A stretch of 64,000 nt of DNA from Massalongia carnosa (lineage: Eukaryota): assembly GCA_965645245.1 (NCBI GenBank), contig OZ287069.1:1240001-1304000 (forward strand), read 5' to 3'. Each line of letters opens with the position of its first letter. The stretch's first letter is position 1. A program made the translations under genes and the position numbers. Positions 36,501 through 50,700 of the stretch are shown one piece after another. The notes under the pieces were generated by a model, which saw only the letters and a list, made by a program, of their open reading frames with translations, searched no databases and had not been told where the DNA came from.

Positions 36501-38248
36501 GGTCAAAAGAAATATGAAGAACTATTTCAGAATTTGCAAAATCGAATGATTCGGAAAATTTTAGGAACTTTCAAAACCACACCTGTTCAGTCAATAGAAA
36601 TTGAATCACATGTTTTACCAGTCAAACTTCGATTATTAATGAAAAATCAAAAATACGCAATTTCGATTATTGAAGATTGCCGAAAATAATCCCATTTGTC
36701 AAAGAATTCCAAACACATATTCGATAAAATATGAAAACATCGGTTTTGACACTAGCTTCCGGAACAACAAATATGCCGAATGGAAGGAAGATGAAAAACA
36801 GACAAATAAACGACACCCTAGTCAGCTTATTCGCGTTCTTCATTCCGTTTCTGACATAGTTCACAAAACTGATGAATTTGAACAATTAAATCATTTCATT
36901 AAACCTTGGAAATCGTCCTGCAAAATCCAATATCAAATCGAAACTACAAAAGAATCTGCAAAATCAAGTTATTATTCGACTTTATCAAAAATCAATCAAT
37001 GAACTCCAATAAATCCCGAAGTTTACTTTATACGGATGGATCAAAAATCGAATTTGCAACGTCTGCAGTCACATTTGCACCAATTTTGCGGAATTAAAAT
37101 AATATTATTGATAATTTTGATCGATTTATCGAAAAAGATTGTCTGCTCAAGTATCATACGATTTCGAAAAGCTGGAAATTAAGCAAACAGTCAAGCATTA
37201 AAAATGCTGAATTGCATGCGATTTTAAAAGCAATGAAATGGGTCTATAAATTGTTGAATACTAGTATTTTATCGAACTTAGAAAAAACGATTTGGATTTT
37301 TTCTGATAGCATAAAGGCGATAAACGAAATTCAGAACTGGACAAATCATATTTTCGCAAGACAAATTCGAAAGCTCGCAAAACGCTTATTGGAAAGCAAT
37401 TATCAGGTGATTTTGTAATGGATTCCGAGTCATTCGAAAGTTACCGAAAACGAAATTGCAGACAAAACAGCAAAGACGGGACCTAATCGAATCCTAGTCA
37501 AGTCCTCGGCGATAACATTTGACTATGTAAAAGATCAAATATATCAAAATATGCTAATTACATGGACGAATCAATGGCAACAATGCAAATCGAAAGGCAA
37601 ATACTATGAGAAATTCGAAATACAACTTAGCATATCGAGTTTTTATTATTTATCAAACAACTGCTCCAAATTGATATTTGCCACTATTATGCAATTAAAA
37701 TTCGGACACGGTTATTTTCGATCATATTTACATCGATTGAAAGATTATAATTCTTCAAAAAGCACAAGTAGATGCAATCAACGACAAACGCCAGAACACT
37801 TGTTATTGTATTGCATTCATTATTTCGATGAAATTCTAAACATGAAACCAAATGTCGATACTACTATCAACTTGAATATGTTGTTTAATACAAAAATTGA
37901 AAATGACCTTTTGATTAAATTCATTGTCAATAACAAAATCGCGACTAGAAAATGGATACTAGGTCAGCTTGATGACGAAATTGTTGAAACGGGAGGCTGG
38001 GGAGAGATCGAACAGTAAAATCAGAAATGATTTATGTTGAAACATTTACGAACTTACTAAGGCAAATTGTAAAATCGATAATTTCTCGATTACTATAGGT
38101 TCTTACTAACACGGAGTAAAACCGGGGGAAAATTGACGATACATAGATGGGTTATAAAGGGTTGATTTATTTGTATTATAGAAACATATCCTAAAATATT
38201 TAGTGTCGTAACCTTAGGTTGAATACACTTAATGAATAAATAAAAATA

Positions 38249-38512
38249 TGACAACAAGACGTACAATAGATAAAGGCAACTGACTAAAGGTTGACGAATA
38301 AAGACTAAAGAAACCAAAAAGTCGAATATTTAATCAACAAGATCTATTAGTCATCTCCCGATTTCCCGATGAGGATAGGAATTTCTTAGGAGTAGGATAT
38401 CAGAGAGGGGTATATATTAGTCGTTTCGGTTCTTATAGATAACTAGTTGTCAGTTTATCCATTCTATCCTCGCATGCCATAGCCCTATAGGGCTCCCTCC
38501 CATCGCCTGTCA
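38249..38512. mobile_element. Probable solo LTR (~264 bp)
   Basis: TGACA…TGTCA termini, internal TATA-like gtatatatta, near-TSD aaata/caata. Confidence 0.6.
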
Positions 38513-38525
38513 CAATAACCTTACA

Positions 38526-40035
38526 ATAGGTCGCACCGATTGTCTCATTGTTTCTGGAAGTTTGCTAGTTTGTTCTAGCACCCTATTCAATTTCCAATCA
38601 ATCATTTCTAACGTTGCTTTAGGCTTGATTGATTTCATTGCTAGTAGAGAATTGACTTGATCAATGACAATAGCCGTTTCGGGGTTTTGATCTAGTACGA
38701 ATAACTCCAATAATGCATTTTTTGCCGTATTCAATAGTTGAATTGATTTCGTTCGATTGATGACTTCTTGACTTTTAACCGAATGTTCATCAAAATTTCG
38801 TCTTTTGTTGCGTTTAATTTGTGGACTCAGTCGAATATCAGAATTCAATGTTGGCATGGGCAGATCAGTACTGAATTCACTAGATGGCGCGACAAAAGAT
38901 TTAGCTTTTGGGGAGGTGTAGACGGTGCGGACGAAAATTCTCGCGTTTGGTCCATGGCCTCCGTGGACTCTACGGTTAGGGGGGTGCTCCCACTTATCGC
39001 TACCGAAGATGGCACGGGGGAGTCGGTTCGGGGGAGGCCCGGAGGCGTAGTCGGGGGGACCCATAGATGTTTCGGAGGGGGGCCTGGGGGTGGAGTTATT
39101 GGTATTAATCGATTTAGTCTATGACCTATCGGGTTAAACCTTCGATTGAGCATAGTGTTTTTTGCCTTTGCAATAATCCTTTTTTTTATCGCCATCAAAT
39201 AATTTATTCTGACGTTCCCCGGACGTACTAGTCAGAATAGAATTTACACCTGTTTACTGGTTAAATAACTCTTTCTATACTATCCCTATTTATTTGACTA
39301 TAACGCGTCAAATAAATCCTAATCGGGTTAAAATAGACCGTTCCTCGCTAAGGCAGTAAGTCTGATTTAACCCTTTACCAGACACTACAATAGGTGAAAA
39401 TAATAAAAGTTTTTTTTCTTTTTTTCAATGAAGATAGATTCAATGCAATGTAAGATACTACGAGACTTCTTATTCTGATTAGTCTGAAACAGGACCTTTG
39501 GTATAATCCTAATCCAGACGTTATACCGCTTCTTTTTAGTGATCTGTTGACCGGCCGTTCAACGAAGATCGATTAAGCCAAAAATAGAATGTGCAAAATT
39601 TATACGTAAAATATACTGTGAAAATTTGTGCTTGCAGAAGTTCCCGTAACTTTAAATGAGAAATAAACTTTAGAAGACTTTGACTTCGCGACAATTGTTG
39701 TACAGTACCGCGAGAGTAGATATTTTTTTTAGATAATTCTTATAGTAGTAATTGAAGGTCTTGCGACAACAGAACAGAAGAAAACAAGAAAAAAGAGCGA
39801 TTTATGGTGATATTGTTGGTATTTGTTGTTTTTTCCAACTTCTAGAGCGCGCTTTATCACGTCGGTCGCGTGCGACCAGCAGAAAAACTCTGCTGAAGCT
39901 TTGCTAGATCTCTCCTACACTCGATCTGAGAGCGTTTTCGCTCTGGAGTAGCTCAAATGATTGAGAAATAGTGGCTCAATTAACTGTTAAAGTTATAGAG
40001 TGTCAAAAGTTGCGGTACTTGTGTTTCGATAGGTG
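38526..40035 (-). mobile_element. LINE 5' portion (copy H): full 5' UTR plus frameshifted ORF1 N-terminus, 3'-truncated
   Basis: Reverse complement of ~6098-7600; ORFs 38845-39198 and 38510-39064. Confidence 0.92.
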
Positions 40036-40271
40036 TGCTCAGCAGTGTTCCTTTTACTCCCTTTTTTGTGAGAAGATCAAGCGCAAGCTGACTGCCTCGC
40101 GCGGTAGACGACGGCGCGCCCTCAACGCTACGCCGGCTCAGCGTAAGCGTGACTGGTATAGGAGGCAGATTGCTCGAGTCCGGCCTGCTGACATGATAGA
40201 GGACACACTGACGTACAGAGGGCTAGCCAAGATCTTCAACAATCAGTAGAAACAGACCTAGCGCGTATCAG

Positions 40272-43200
40272 AGGATTGCCCCATCAGCAAAAAGCCAACC
40301 CCCAAAACATCGATACCCTATATTTTGATATACTGAAACTTTCCCAACTTATTCTCCTCATTCTTCTCATTCATTTGAGCCTACCAGAAGCTAAAACCCA
40401 TCAGAATTGGGTACAGGAGAGCTCTTCCACTGCTCCTGCAGAGTTTTCCTCGCGGTCTGTCCGCCCCTTCACCAAAAAGCGCGTCCAAAAAATCTACAAA
40501 ACACAAAAACACCAACAACAACGTCAAAAATCGCTCGATTTTCGATATTTCTTCGGTTTAATTGTCGCATAGATCTCATCTATTATCATAAAAATTATCT
40601 ACAAAATATCATCACTGTCGCGTGACTGTACAACCTGTTCTCGAGACAACAAAACTTCTTGGTGTTCATTTGAAATTTAAGGTTACCGGTACCGTATACA
40701 CTATTCCATTTTGGGTTTTTTCAATTTTCGTTGAACTGCCGACCAAAAATCTGCTGAAACGAAGGGGGAAAACGTCTGAAATAGGGTTAAACCAAAGGCC
40801 CTGTTTCAGGCTAACCAGAATAGGAAGTCTCCTCTCTCTCATTGTACTTGATTTTTATTTCTGGATCAAAAACATTTTTTTAAAAAAAAAAAATTTTCTG
40901 TTCGATCGTAAAATTCTTATTATATTCCATATATCGTAGTGTCAAGGTAAAGAGTTAAATAAGATCTATTGCCTAAGCGAGGAACGGTCTATTTTAACTC
41001 GACTAGGATTTATTTGACTTGTTATTGTCAAATAAATAGGGTTTGGAAAGCAAGAGTCTTTAGACCAGTAAATCGGCGTAAAAACTCTCTATTCTGACTA
41101 TTACGTCCGGGGAACGTCAGAATAAATTATTTGGTGGCGATAAAGGGGATATAGCAAAGGCAACATCGATTTATTTATAAATCCATGTTTAACGCGGTAA
41201 TGAACCGCCGGAATATACCAAGGACATCACCCCCAGCCGGTCCCGCCCCCCTATCGACCCCTTACCCGGCCCCCCCCCGACACTCCCCCGGACCATCTCC
41301 GGTGGCGTTGATAGGGAGCTCTCCCCGTCTTGAACCTATGGATCAAACTCGCGAATATGCATCAGCCCCGTCAACACCGACACCAAAGGCAACGAAATTC
41401 CCATCGGGTCCATTTTCCACTATCTTGCCGATGCCTTCATTGAACTTAAACATTGGATCAAGCCCACCAATCAAACGAAATAAAAGCCGCACATTTGACG
41501 AACATTCGAGAGATAGCCAAGAAGCGATCAATCGGGCAAATTCAATTGAGCTTCTAAAGTCGGCCAAAAAAGCATTATTGCAATCATTTGTACTAGACCA
41601 AAATCCACAAACGGCTATCGTAATTGACAACGTTAATTCGTTGATTTCGAAAAAATCAATCAATTTACAAACATCCTTAGATATGATTAACTATAAAATG
41701 GGCATAGTACTTGATCAAACTAGTTATCTTTCCTCAAAAACGTCACAACAACAAACGACTCCACTACAGAATGGTCCAAAAATCTAAAAACCTGTTGTTA
41801 AATTGAACGAAAATTCAAATATCGAAAATCAGACCATTCGCAAAGGAGCCACCGGGGTCTCTGGTAACAATGTTAGCACAACCGGTACATGGAGTCAAAT
41901 GCTTGGAAAAGCAACCGAAAACTCCGAAAATTGGACTACTATTCAAAGGAAAAGTTCGAATCATAATTCGAACAAAGTCGATCGATTTGATGCAATCAAG
42001 GCCAGACGACTCGTGATTTCACCGAAAAATCCTGACGCTCAAATCGACTCTATGAAGTTGCGTGATCAAATTAACGCGCTATTAAAAAACGCAAATTTAA
42101 ACATCATCGTCAATACTGTTGAAAAGTCCAAAACCGGTCATAATATCGTTCTCACCACTAGCCCTGACAACAATGCCGAAGAATTTTTGAAAAATAAATC
42201 TTCATGGGAACACATTTTCGAATCACAAAGTATTCGAAAAGACGAATCCTGGTTTAAAGTCATAGCACACGGAGTAAATATCTCGTTATTCGATAATAAC
42301 ATGCAATATTTGCAAACCGAAATCGAAAAATACAATTCGAATATGCAACTATGCGATTTACCAAGATGGCTTGCTCGGGATCGTCAAAACAAAGTCACGT
42401 CGTCGGTAGTTTTGACTTTCAATAATCAAAATCAAGCGTCAAACGCGTTAAGAGGCGTGAATATCGCGGGTAGACATTGTGACACGGAAATATTTGCTTC
42501 CGTTCGTCCAAACACGCAATGTATTAATTGTCAGAAATTTGGACATAAGCATTATCAATGCAAAAGTCCGGCAAAATGCAATATATGCGCACAAAGTCAT
42601 GAAACGCATAATCATGAATGCACAACATGCAAGTCTAAAATCGCATGCGCACATGCAATTCTGAAATGCGTCAATTGCAACAAAAATCATCAATCGAACG
42701 ATATAGGTTGCGAAATGTTTATCTCGCTAAATCCTAGAAAATCGAATAATGAATTAATACTTGGTTAATGGCGGGACAACATTCGTTGACAAATAACGAA
42801 AATACACAAAATGTCAAATTTATTCAACATAATTGTGCAAAGTCAACGAATGCAATGATTTCGTGTCTGGAATATGCAGTATTAAATCGTGTTGATATTG
42901 TTTTATTTCAGGAACCATGGACGCGAGATCAAAAAACAATTTCCCATCCGTCATTCACATGTATTATGCCGAAAATAGCGACTTATCGGCCGAGAGTAGC
43001 TATATTCGTTACAAAATGCAATCCAAAATTACAATGCACGCCTAGAACGGATCTTATAAACGATACTGATCTGCAAATTATCGAAATTACAATTGATAAA
43101 GTTCGAAAAGTGCAGATCTTTAACCTTTACAATGAAAAAAGTCTAAACGATCGAGAAACATATACAATCGATCGACTTTTAGTTAAATATCAACCTATAT

Positions 43201-46200
43201 CAACTGATCAATTTGTCATATGTGGAGATTTCAATGCACATCATAGCTGGTGGAATTCGAAGATTCAAAATGCAATTCGATAAGAAAATCTAGTCAAATG
43301 GTTAAAATTAAACAAATTTAGTTTGATAAATACGCCTGATCTATATACATTTTTTGCTCATTCAGGAAACTCTTCATCTATTATTGATTTAACATTTGCA
43401 AATTCTAAAATCAAAAACGCAATTACAAATTGGTCAATCGATGAAAACGCAGTCACGGGTTCAGATCATGAAGTTATTCGATTTGAACTTATCGCGTCTT
43501 TCAAGAACTTGACGTCACACGCAACCGCATTATCGAATAAATACAACTGCAATAAAGCCGATTGGGATAAATTCGCGAAGTTTCTAGACGAAAATGCAAT
43601 AAACTACGAGTCCCGAATACAAAGTCTATTGAACAATTATCAATTTGATGAATCAGCGTTATATTTGCAAAACATTATCAAAAACGTGGCTGAAATGTTT
43701 ATTCCGAAGACAAAAATATGCGCAAAATCGAAAAATTGGTGGTCGCAAGATTTATCCGGACTTCGAAAAATCATGTGTAGACATCGTCGAGAATGGGAGA
43801 ATAATCCGTCCTTTTTTAGTCATCAAACATTTAGACATAGTCGAATCGAGTACTTTCATGCAATTCGAAAAGCGAAACAGCAAACTTGGTTTTTTTTATT
43901 TTATTTATTCATTAAGTGTATTCAACCTAAGGTTATGACACTAAACTATTTTAGGATATGTTTCTATATTACAAATAAATCAACCCTTTATAACCCATCT
44001 ATGTATTGTCAATTTTTCCCCATTTTTACTCCGTGTTAGTAACAACCTATAGTAATCGAAGAATATCGATTTTAAAATTTTTCTTTGTAAGTTCGTGAAT
44101 GTTTCAGCAAAAATCGTTTCTGATTTTACTGTTCGATCTCCCCAACCTCCAGTTTCGAAAATCTCGTCATCAAGCTGACCTAGTATCCATTTTCTTGTCG
44201 CGATTTTGTTATTGACAATGAATTTAATCAAAATGTCATTTCCGATTTTTGTATTAAACAACATATTCAAGTTGATGGTAGTATCGATATTTTGTTTCAT
44301 GTTTTGAATTTCATCGAAATAGTGAATGCAATTCAATAACAAGTGTTCTGGCGTTTGTCGTTGATTGCATCGATTTGTGCATTTTGACGAATTATAATCT
44401 TTCAATCGCTGTAAATAAGATCGAAAATAGCCGTGTCCGAATTTTAATTGCATAATAGTAGCAAATATCAATTTGGAACAGTTGTTTGATAAATAATAAA
44501 ATCTCGATATGCCAGGTTTCATTTCGAATTTCTCGTAGTATTTGCCTTTTGATTTGCATTGTTGCCATTGATTCGTCTATGTGGTCAGCAAACTTGGTTG
44601 GCTTTCCTCGAAAACGAAGCAAATAAAGACGTATTTACAGCTTATAAATACACTAAACCGCGCATGTTCGAAAAAATACCACCTATTCAATATGAAAATA
44701 AGTTAAATGTTCAATTCGATCACAAATACGATGCGTTTGTGTCAGCAATGTACACAAAAAACTCATTCACGGATGATAATATTGAAGATTTAACGAATCC
44801 AGACAGCGAAAATGACAACAATTGGCCGAATTTAACCGAAAATTAATTGCAAAATGCGATTAGTTTGTTTAATCCAAAGAAATCATGTGGACCTGATGCA
44901 ATCAATTTCACAATAATTCAAAAATCGTTTCAACCATTGAAAAACGTGTTTTTTACTAATTATTCTAAATTTATACAAATCGGTTATCACCCGTTATGTT
45001 GGCGAACAGGACTCGGTGTAGTTTTAAAAAAACTTAATAAACCAGACTACTCGCTGCCCAAATCATATCGAATTATTATCTTACTGAATTGTCTTGGTAA
45101 AATTGCGGAGAAAATAGTTGCTAATCGACTAGCCTACCTAGGCGAAAATTCGAGCTTGTTAGATACCGAACAAATAGGCGGAAGGAAAAACCATTCTGTA
45201 ATCTATGCGGTAATGAACGTCGTTCATGATATCGAAATCGCAAACCGAAACAAAAACGTTTTATCATGTCTATTACTCGATGTCGAAGGAGCATTTGACT
45301 TTGTTTCGATTAATCAATTACTAAATGTCATGAAAAAGCTGCATTTATCTCGCATAGTTATTCAATGGGTCAAGCATTTTATGACAAAACGATCGATCAA
45401 TTTGATATTCGATGAACACAAAATCAAAACGTACTTTGTCGAATCTGGAATTCCACAAGGTTCACCAATTTCGCCAATTCTATTTCTGATTTATATTCGT
45501 TACTTATTTCCGAAAATACGAATGAAATTCAATGCTCATTCACCTAGCTTTATAGACGATGTTGCAATATATGTCGAAAATAAAACTGCCACACAGAATT
45601 GCAAAGAAATCGAAATTATCGTCAAAACAGCTTTTGATTGGGCCGCAACGAATAATGTCAAATTTGATGACGACAAATCTGAGTTGATTCACTTCGAAAA
45701 GTCAAGAAATGCATCAAAAGACAAAGTGCAATTACTAAACGGGACAATACTAGAACCGAAAAATTCTGTCAAATGGTTAGGAGTCTGGTTAGACCGAAAA
45801 CTAAATTAAAAAAAACACCTCGAAACGCGAATTGCTTCTGCAAATCGATCGTTTTTCGCAATTCAAAATTTGATGAAGTCTGAATGGGGACTAAAGCCAA
45901 CTGTATGCAGACAGCTCTATTTCTCATGCATTATTCCTATTTCGGACTATGGCTCAGAAATCTGGTATAACGGTCAAAAGAAATATGAAAAGCTATTTCA
46001 GAATCTGCAAAATCGAATAATTCGAAAGCTTTTAGGCGCATTCAAAACGACGCCTGTTCAGGCGATGGAAATTGAATCGCATATTTTACCAGCCAAGCTA
46101 CGATTGTTGATGAAAAATCAAAAATACGCAATTCGATTATTGAAGATTGCCGAAAATAATCCTATTTGTCAAAGAATTCCCAATACCTATACGGTGAAAT

Positions 46201-47719
46201 TTGAAAACATTGGTTTTGACACTAGTTTATGGAACAACAGATATGCTGAATGGAACGAAGACGAGAAAAAATCGAGTAAACCTCATCCTAGTCAGCTTAT
46301 CCGTATTCTTCATTCCGTTTCGGATATAGTTCACAAAACTGATGAATTCGAATCAGTAAATAATTTCATCAAACCATGGAAGCCGTCTTGTAAAATCAAG
46401 TTCCAAATCGAAAGATCCAAAGAAACAGCAAAGTCAAGTTATTATTCGACTTTATCAAAAATCCAATCAATAAACGCCGATAAATCGCAAATTTTACTAT
46501 ATACCGATGGATCAAAAACCGAGTTTTCAACTTCCGCTGTCACATTTGCACCAATTACGCGAAATTGGAACAATTTCACCGATAACTTCAATCGTTTTAT
46601 CGAAAAAGATTGTCTCCTCAAATATCATACGATTTCGAAAAGCTGGAAATTAAACAAACAGTCAAGCGTTAAAAACGCTGAACTGTATGCGATACTACAA
46701 GCAATAAAATGGGCATACAAATTGACAATTGCGAATATTCTCTTCAATTTGGAAAAAACGATTTGGATTTTTTCCGATAGCATAAACGCGATAAACGAAA
46801 TTCAGAACTTGACAAATCATACTTACGCAAAACAAATTCGAAAATTCTCGAAATGCTTATTAGGAAACAATTATCAGGTGGTTCTACAATGGATTCCTAG
46901 TCATTCGAAAATCGTCGAAAATGAAATTGCAGATAAAGCAGCAAAAGCGGGACATAGTGGAATCCTAATCGAGTCTTCGATAGTAACATTTGATTATGTG
47001 AAGGGTCAAATAAATCGAAATATGTTAGCCACATGGGCGAATTAATGGCAACAATGCAAGTCAAAAGGCAAATACTATGAGAAATTCGAAATGCAGCCGG
47101 GTAAATCGAGTTTTTATTATCTGTCGAATAATTGTTCTAAATTAATATTTGCAACTATTATGCAAATGAAATTCGGACACGGTTATTTTCAATCATATCT
47201 GCACCGATTGAAAGATTATAATTCGTCAAAATGCACAGGGCGCTGCAACGAACGTCAAACGCCAGAACACTTATTGATGAATTGCATACATTATTCAAAT
47301 GAAATCCTAAACATGAAACAAAATATTGATACCACAATTACTTTAAAAATGTTGTTTAATACTAGGATCGGATAATATTTTGATTAAATTTATTGTTGAT
47401 AACAAAATCGCGACTAGAAAATGGATGCTAGGTCAGCTCGATGACGAAAATATCGAAACGGGAGGTTGGGGAGAGATCGAACAGTAAAATTAGAAATGAT
47501 TTATGCTGGAATATTTACGAGCTTTACAAAAACAAATTTTAAAATCGATATTTCGATTACTAAAGGTTGTTACTAACACGGAGTAAAAACGGGGCAATAT
47601 TGACGATACATAGTTGGGTTATAAAGGGTTGATTTATTTGTAAACTAAAACCATATCTTAAAATAGTTTAGTGTCATAACCTTAGGTTGAATACACTTAA
47701 TGAATAAATAAATAAAAAA
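40272..47719 (+). mobile_element. Full-length degenerate LINE (copy F, second subfamily), split by stub G
   Basis: 13-bp TSD tagcgcgtatcag (40259-40271, 47720-47732). ORF1 41185-42768 has one stop; TAATG junction; ORF2 42768-~47487 has stops; A tail present. Confidence 0.94.
43892..44585 (-). mobile_element. 5'-truncated LINE stub (copy G, A-type subfamily) inside ORF2 of copy F
   Basis: 14-bp TSD cagcaaacttggtt (43878-43891, 44586-44599) and poly(T). Confidence 0.94.
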
Positions 47720-50700
47720 TAGCGCGTATCAGGACGCTCATCAGCGTCATCACTCCGCTACGCTTACTGAGGATCTTTCGATAAAGAGATTCGGATTACA
47801 TAAAAACTTCAGCAAATCTGAAAAGAGCCTTATCATTCAAATGCGTACTGAGCGTATTGGCTTGTCGGATTATCTCTTCTCTCGTTGAGTTACTACGTTC
47901 GCTTCACCGGCGTGAAGCTGTGGATGGGCACGCCAGACGCTCAAGCATGTGCTACACAGCTGCCCCATGTTATGATCAACCTAGAGACAAGTCATAGTGA
48001 TGCTAGAAACGAATACAATAAATATGAAGAAGGAAAAAGACAATCGACAACCAGAACCTGCCCCTATATATCCTCTTTTTTTATTTTTTATTTATTCATT
48101 AAGTGTATTCAACCTAAGGTTATGACACTAAACTATTTTAAGATATGGTTTTATTTTACAAATAAATCAACCCTTTATAACCCAACTATCTATCGTCAAT
48201 ATTGCCCCGTTTTTACTTCGTGTTAGTAACAACCATCGATTTTACAATTTGTTTTTGTAAAGCTCGTAAATATTCCAGCATAAATCATTTCTAGTTTTAC
48301 TGTTCGATCTCTCCCCAACCTCCCGTTTCGATATTTTCGTCATCGAGCTGACCTAGCATCCATTTTCTAGTCGCGATTTTGTTATCAACAATAAATTTAA
48401 TCAAAATATTTTTTCCGATCCTAGTATTAAACAACATTTTTAAAGTAATTGTGGTATCGATATTTTGTTTCATGTTTAGGATTTCATTTGAATAATGTAT
48501 GCAATTCATCAATAAGTGTTCTGGCGTTTTACGTTCGTTGCAGCGCCCTGTGCATTTTGACGAATTATAATCTTTCAATCGGTGCAGATATGATCGAAAA
48601 TAACCGTGTCCGAATTTCATTTGCATAATAGTCGCAAATATTAATTTCGAACAAGTATTCGACAGATAATAAAAACTCGATTTCCCCGGCTGCATTTCGA
48701 ATTTCTCATAGTATTTGCCTTTTGACTTGCATTGTTGCCATTGATTCTCCCATGTGGCTAACATATTTCGATTTATTTGACCCTTTACATAATCAAATGT
48801 TATTATCGAAGACTCGACTAGGATTCCACTATGTCCCGCTTTTGCTGCTTTATCTGCAATTTCATTTTCGACGATTTTCGAATGACTAGGAATCCATTGT
48901 AGAACCACCTGATAATTGTTTCCTAATAAGCATTTCGAGAATTTTCGAATTTGTTTTGCGTAAGTATGATTTGTCAAGTTCTGAATTTCGTTTATCGCGT
49001 TTATGCTATCGGAATAAATCCAAATCGTTTTTTCCAAATTGAAGAGAATATTCGCAATTGTCAATTTGTATGCCCATTTTATTGCTTGTAGTATCGCATA
49101 GAGTTCAGCATTTTTAACGCTTGACTGTTTGTTTAATTTCCAGCTTTTCGAAATCGTATGATGTTTGAGGAGACAATCTTTTTCGACAAAACGATTGAAG
49201 TTATCGGTGAAATTGTTCCAATTTCGCATAATTGGTGCAAATGTGACAGCGGAAGTTGAAAACTCGGTTTTTGATCTATCGGTATAGAGTAACATTCGCG
49301 ATTTATCGGCGTTTATTGATTGGATTTTTGATAAGTCGAATAATAACTTGACTTTGCTGTTTCTTTGGATCTTTCGATTTGGAACTTGATTTTACAAGAC
49401 GGCTTCCATGGTTTGATGAAATTATTTACTGATTCGAATTCATCGGTTTTGTGAACTATATCCGAAACGGAATGAAGAATACGGATAAGCTGACTAGGAT
49501 GAGGTTTACTCGATTTTTTCTCGTCTTCGTTCCATTCAGCATATCTGTTGTTCCATAAACTAGTGTCAAAACCGATGTTTTTGAATTTCACAGAATAGGT
49601 ACTGGGAATTCTTTGACAAATAGGATTATTTTCGGCAATCTTCAATAATCGAATTGCGTATTTTTGATTTTTCATCAACAATCGTAGCTTGGCTGGTAAA
49701 ATATGCGATTCAATTCCATCGCCTGAACAGGCGTCGTTTTGAATGTGCCTAAAATCTTTCGAATCATTCGATTTTGCAGATTCTGAAATAGCTTTTCATA
49801 TTTCTTTTGACCGTTATACCAGATTTCTGAGCCATAGTCCGAAATAGGAATAATACATGACAGATAGAGCTGTCTGCATGCAGTTGGCTTTAGTCCCCAT
49901 TCAGACTTCATCAAATTTTGAATTGCGAAAAACGATCGATTTGCAGAAGCAATTCGCGTTTCGCCGTGTTTTTTGTAATTTAGTTTTCGGTCTAACCAGA
50001 CTCCTAACCATTTGACAGAATTTTTCGGTTCTAGTATTGTCCCGTTTAGTAATTGCACTTTGTCTTTTGATGCATTTCTTGACTTTTCGAAGTGAATCAA
50101 CTCAGATTTGTCGTCATCAAATTTGACATTATTCGTTGCGGCCCAATCAAAAGCTGTTTTGACGATAATTTCGATTTCTTTGCAATTCTGTGTGGCAGTT
50201 TTATTTTCGACATATATTGCAACATCTTCTATAAAGCTAGGTGAATGAGCATTGAATTTCATTCGTATTTTCGGAAATAAGTAACGAATATAAATCAGAA
50301 ATAGAATTGGCGAAATAGGTGAACCTTGTGGAATTCCAGATTCGATATAGTACGTTTTGCTTTTGTGTTCATCGAATATCAAATATGTCGATCGTTTTGT
50401 CATAAAATGCTTGACCCATTGAATAACTATGCGAGATAAATGCAGCTTTTTCATAACATTTAGCAATTGATTAATCGAAACAAAGTCAAATGCTCCTTTG
50501 ACATCGAGTAATAGACATGATAAAACGTTTTTGTTTCGGTTTGCGATTTCGATATCATGAACGACGTTCATTACCGCATCGATTGCAGAATGATTTTTCC
50601 GTCCGCCCATTTGTTCGGTATCTAACAAGCTCGAATTTTCGCCGAGGTAGGCTAGTCGATTAGCAACTATTTTCTCCGCAATTTTACCAAGACAATTCAG

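Larger units (their letters stand above)
4160..38246 (+). mobile_element. Host Tad1-like LINE (copy B), full-length but degenerate, split into 4160-5960, 12968-13215 and 33605-38246 by nested insertions
   Basis: The 5' UTR starts cacctatcgaaacac. ORF1 reads through both breakpoints (…VINTV|EKSK… and …DLPR|WLARDR…) once the TSDs gtaatcaacacggt and cagat are removed. ORF2 34005-38018 has many stops and frameshifts, followed by a 3' UTR, AATAAA and a short A tail. Confidence 0.9.

Noticed and set aside
1..40035. Copies I (1-4143) and H (38526-40035) as two halves of one split LINE
   Set aside because: They overlap by ~250 bp of diverged ORF1 sequence and share no TSD.
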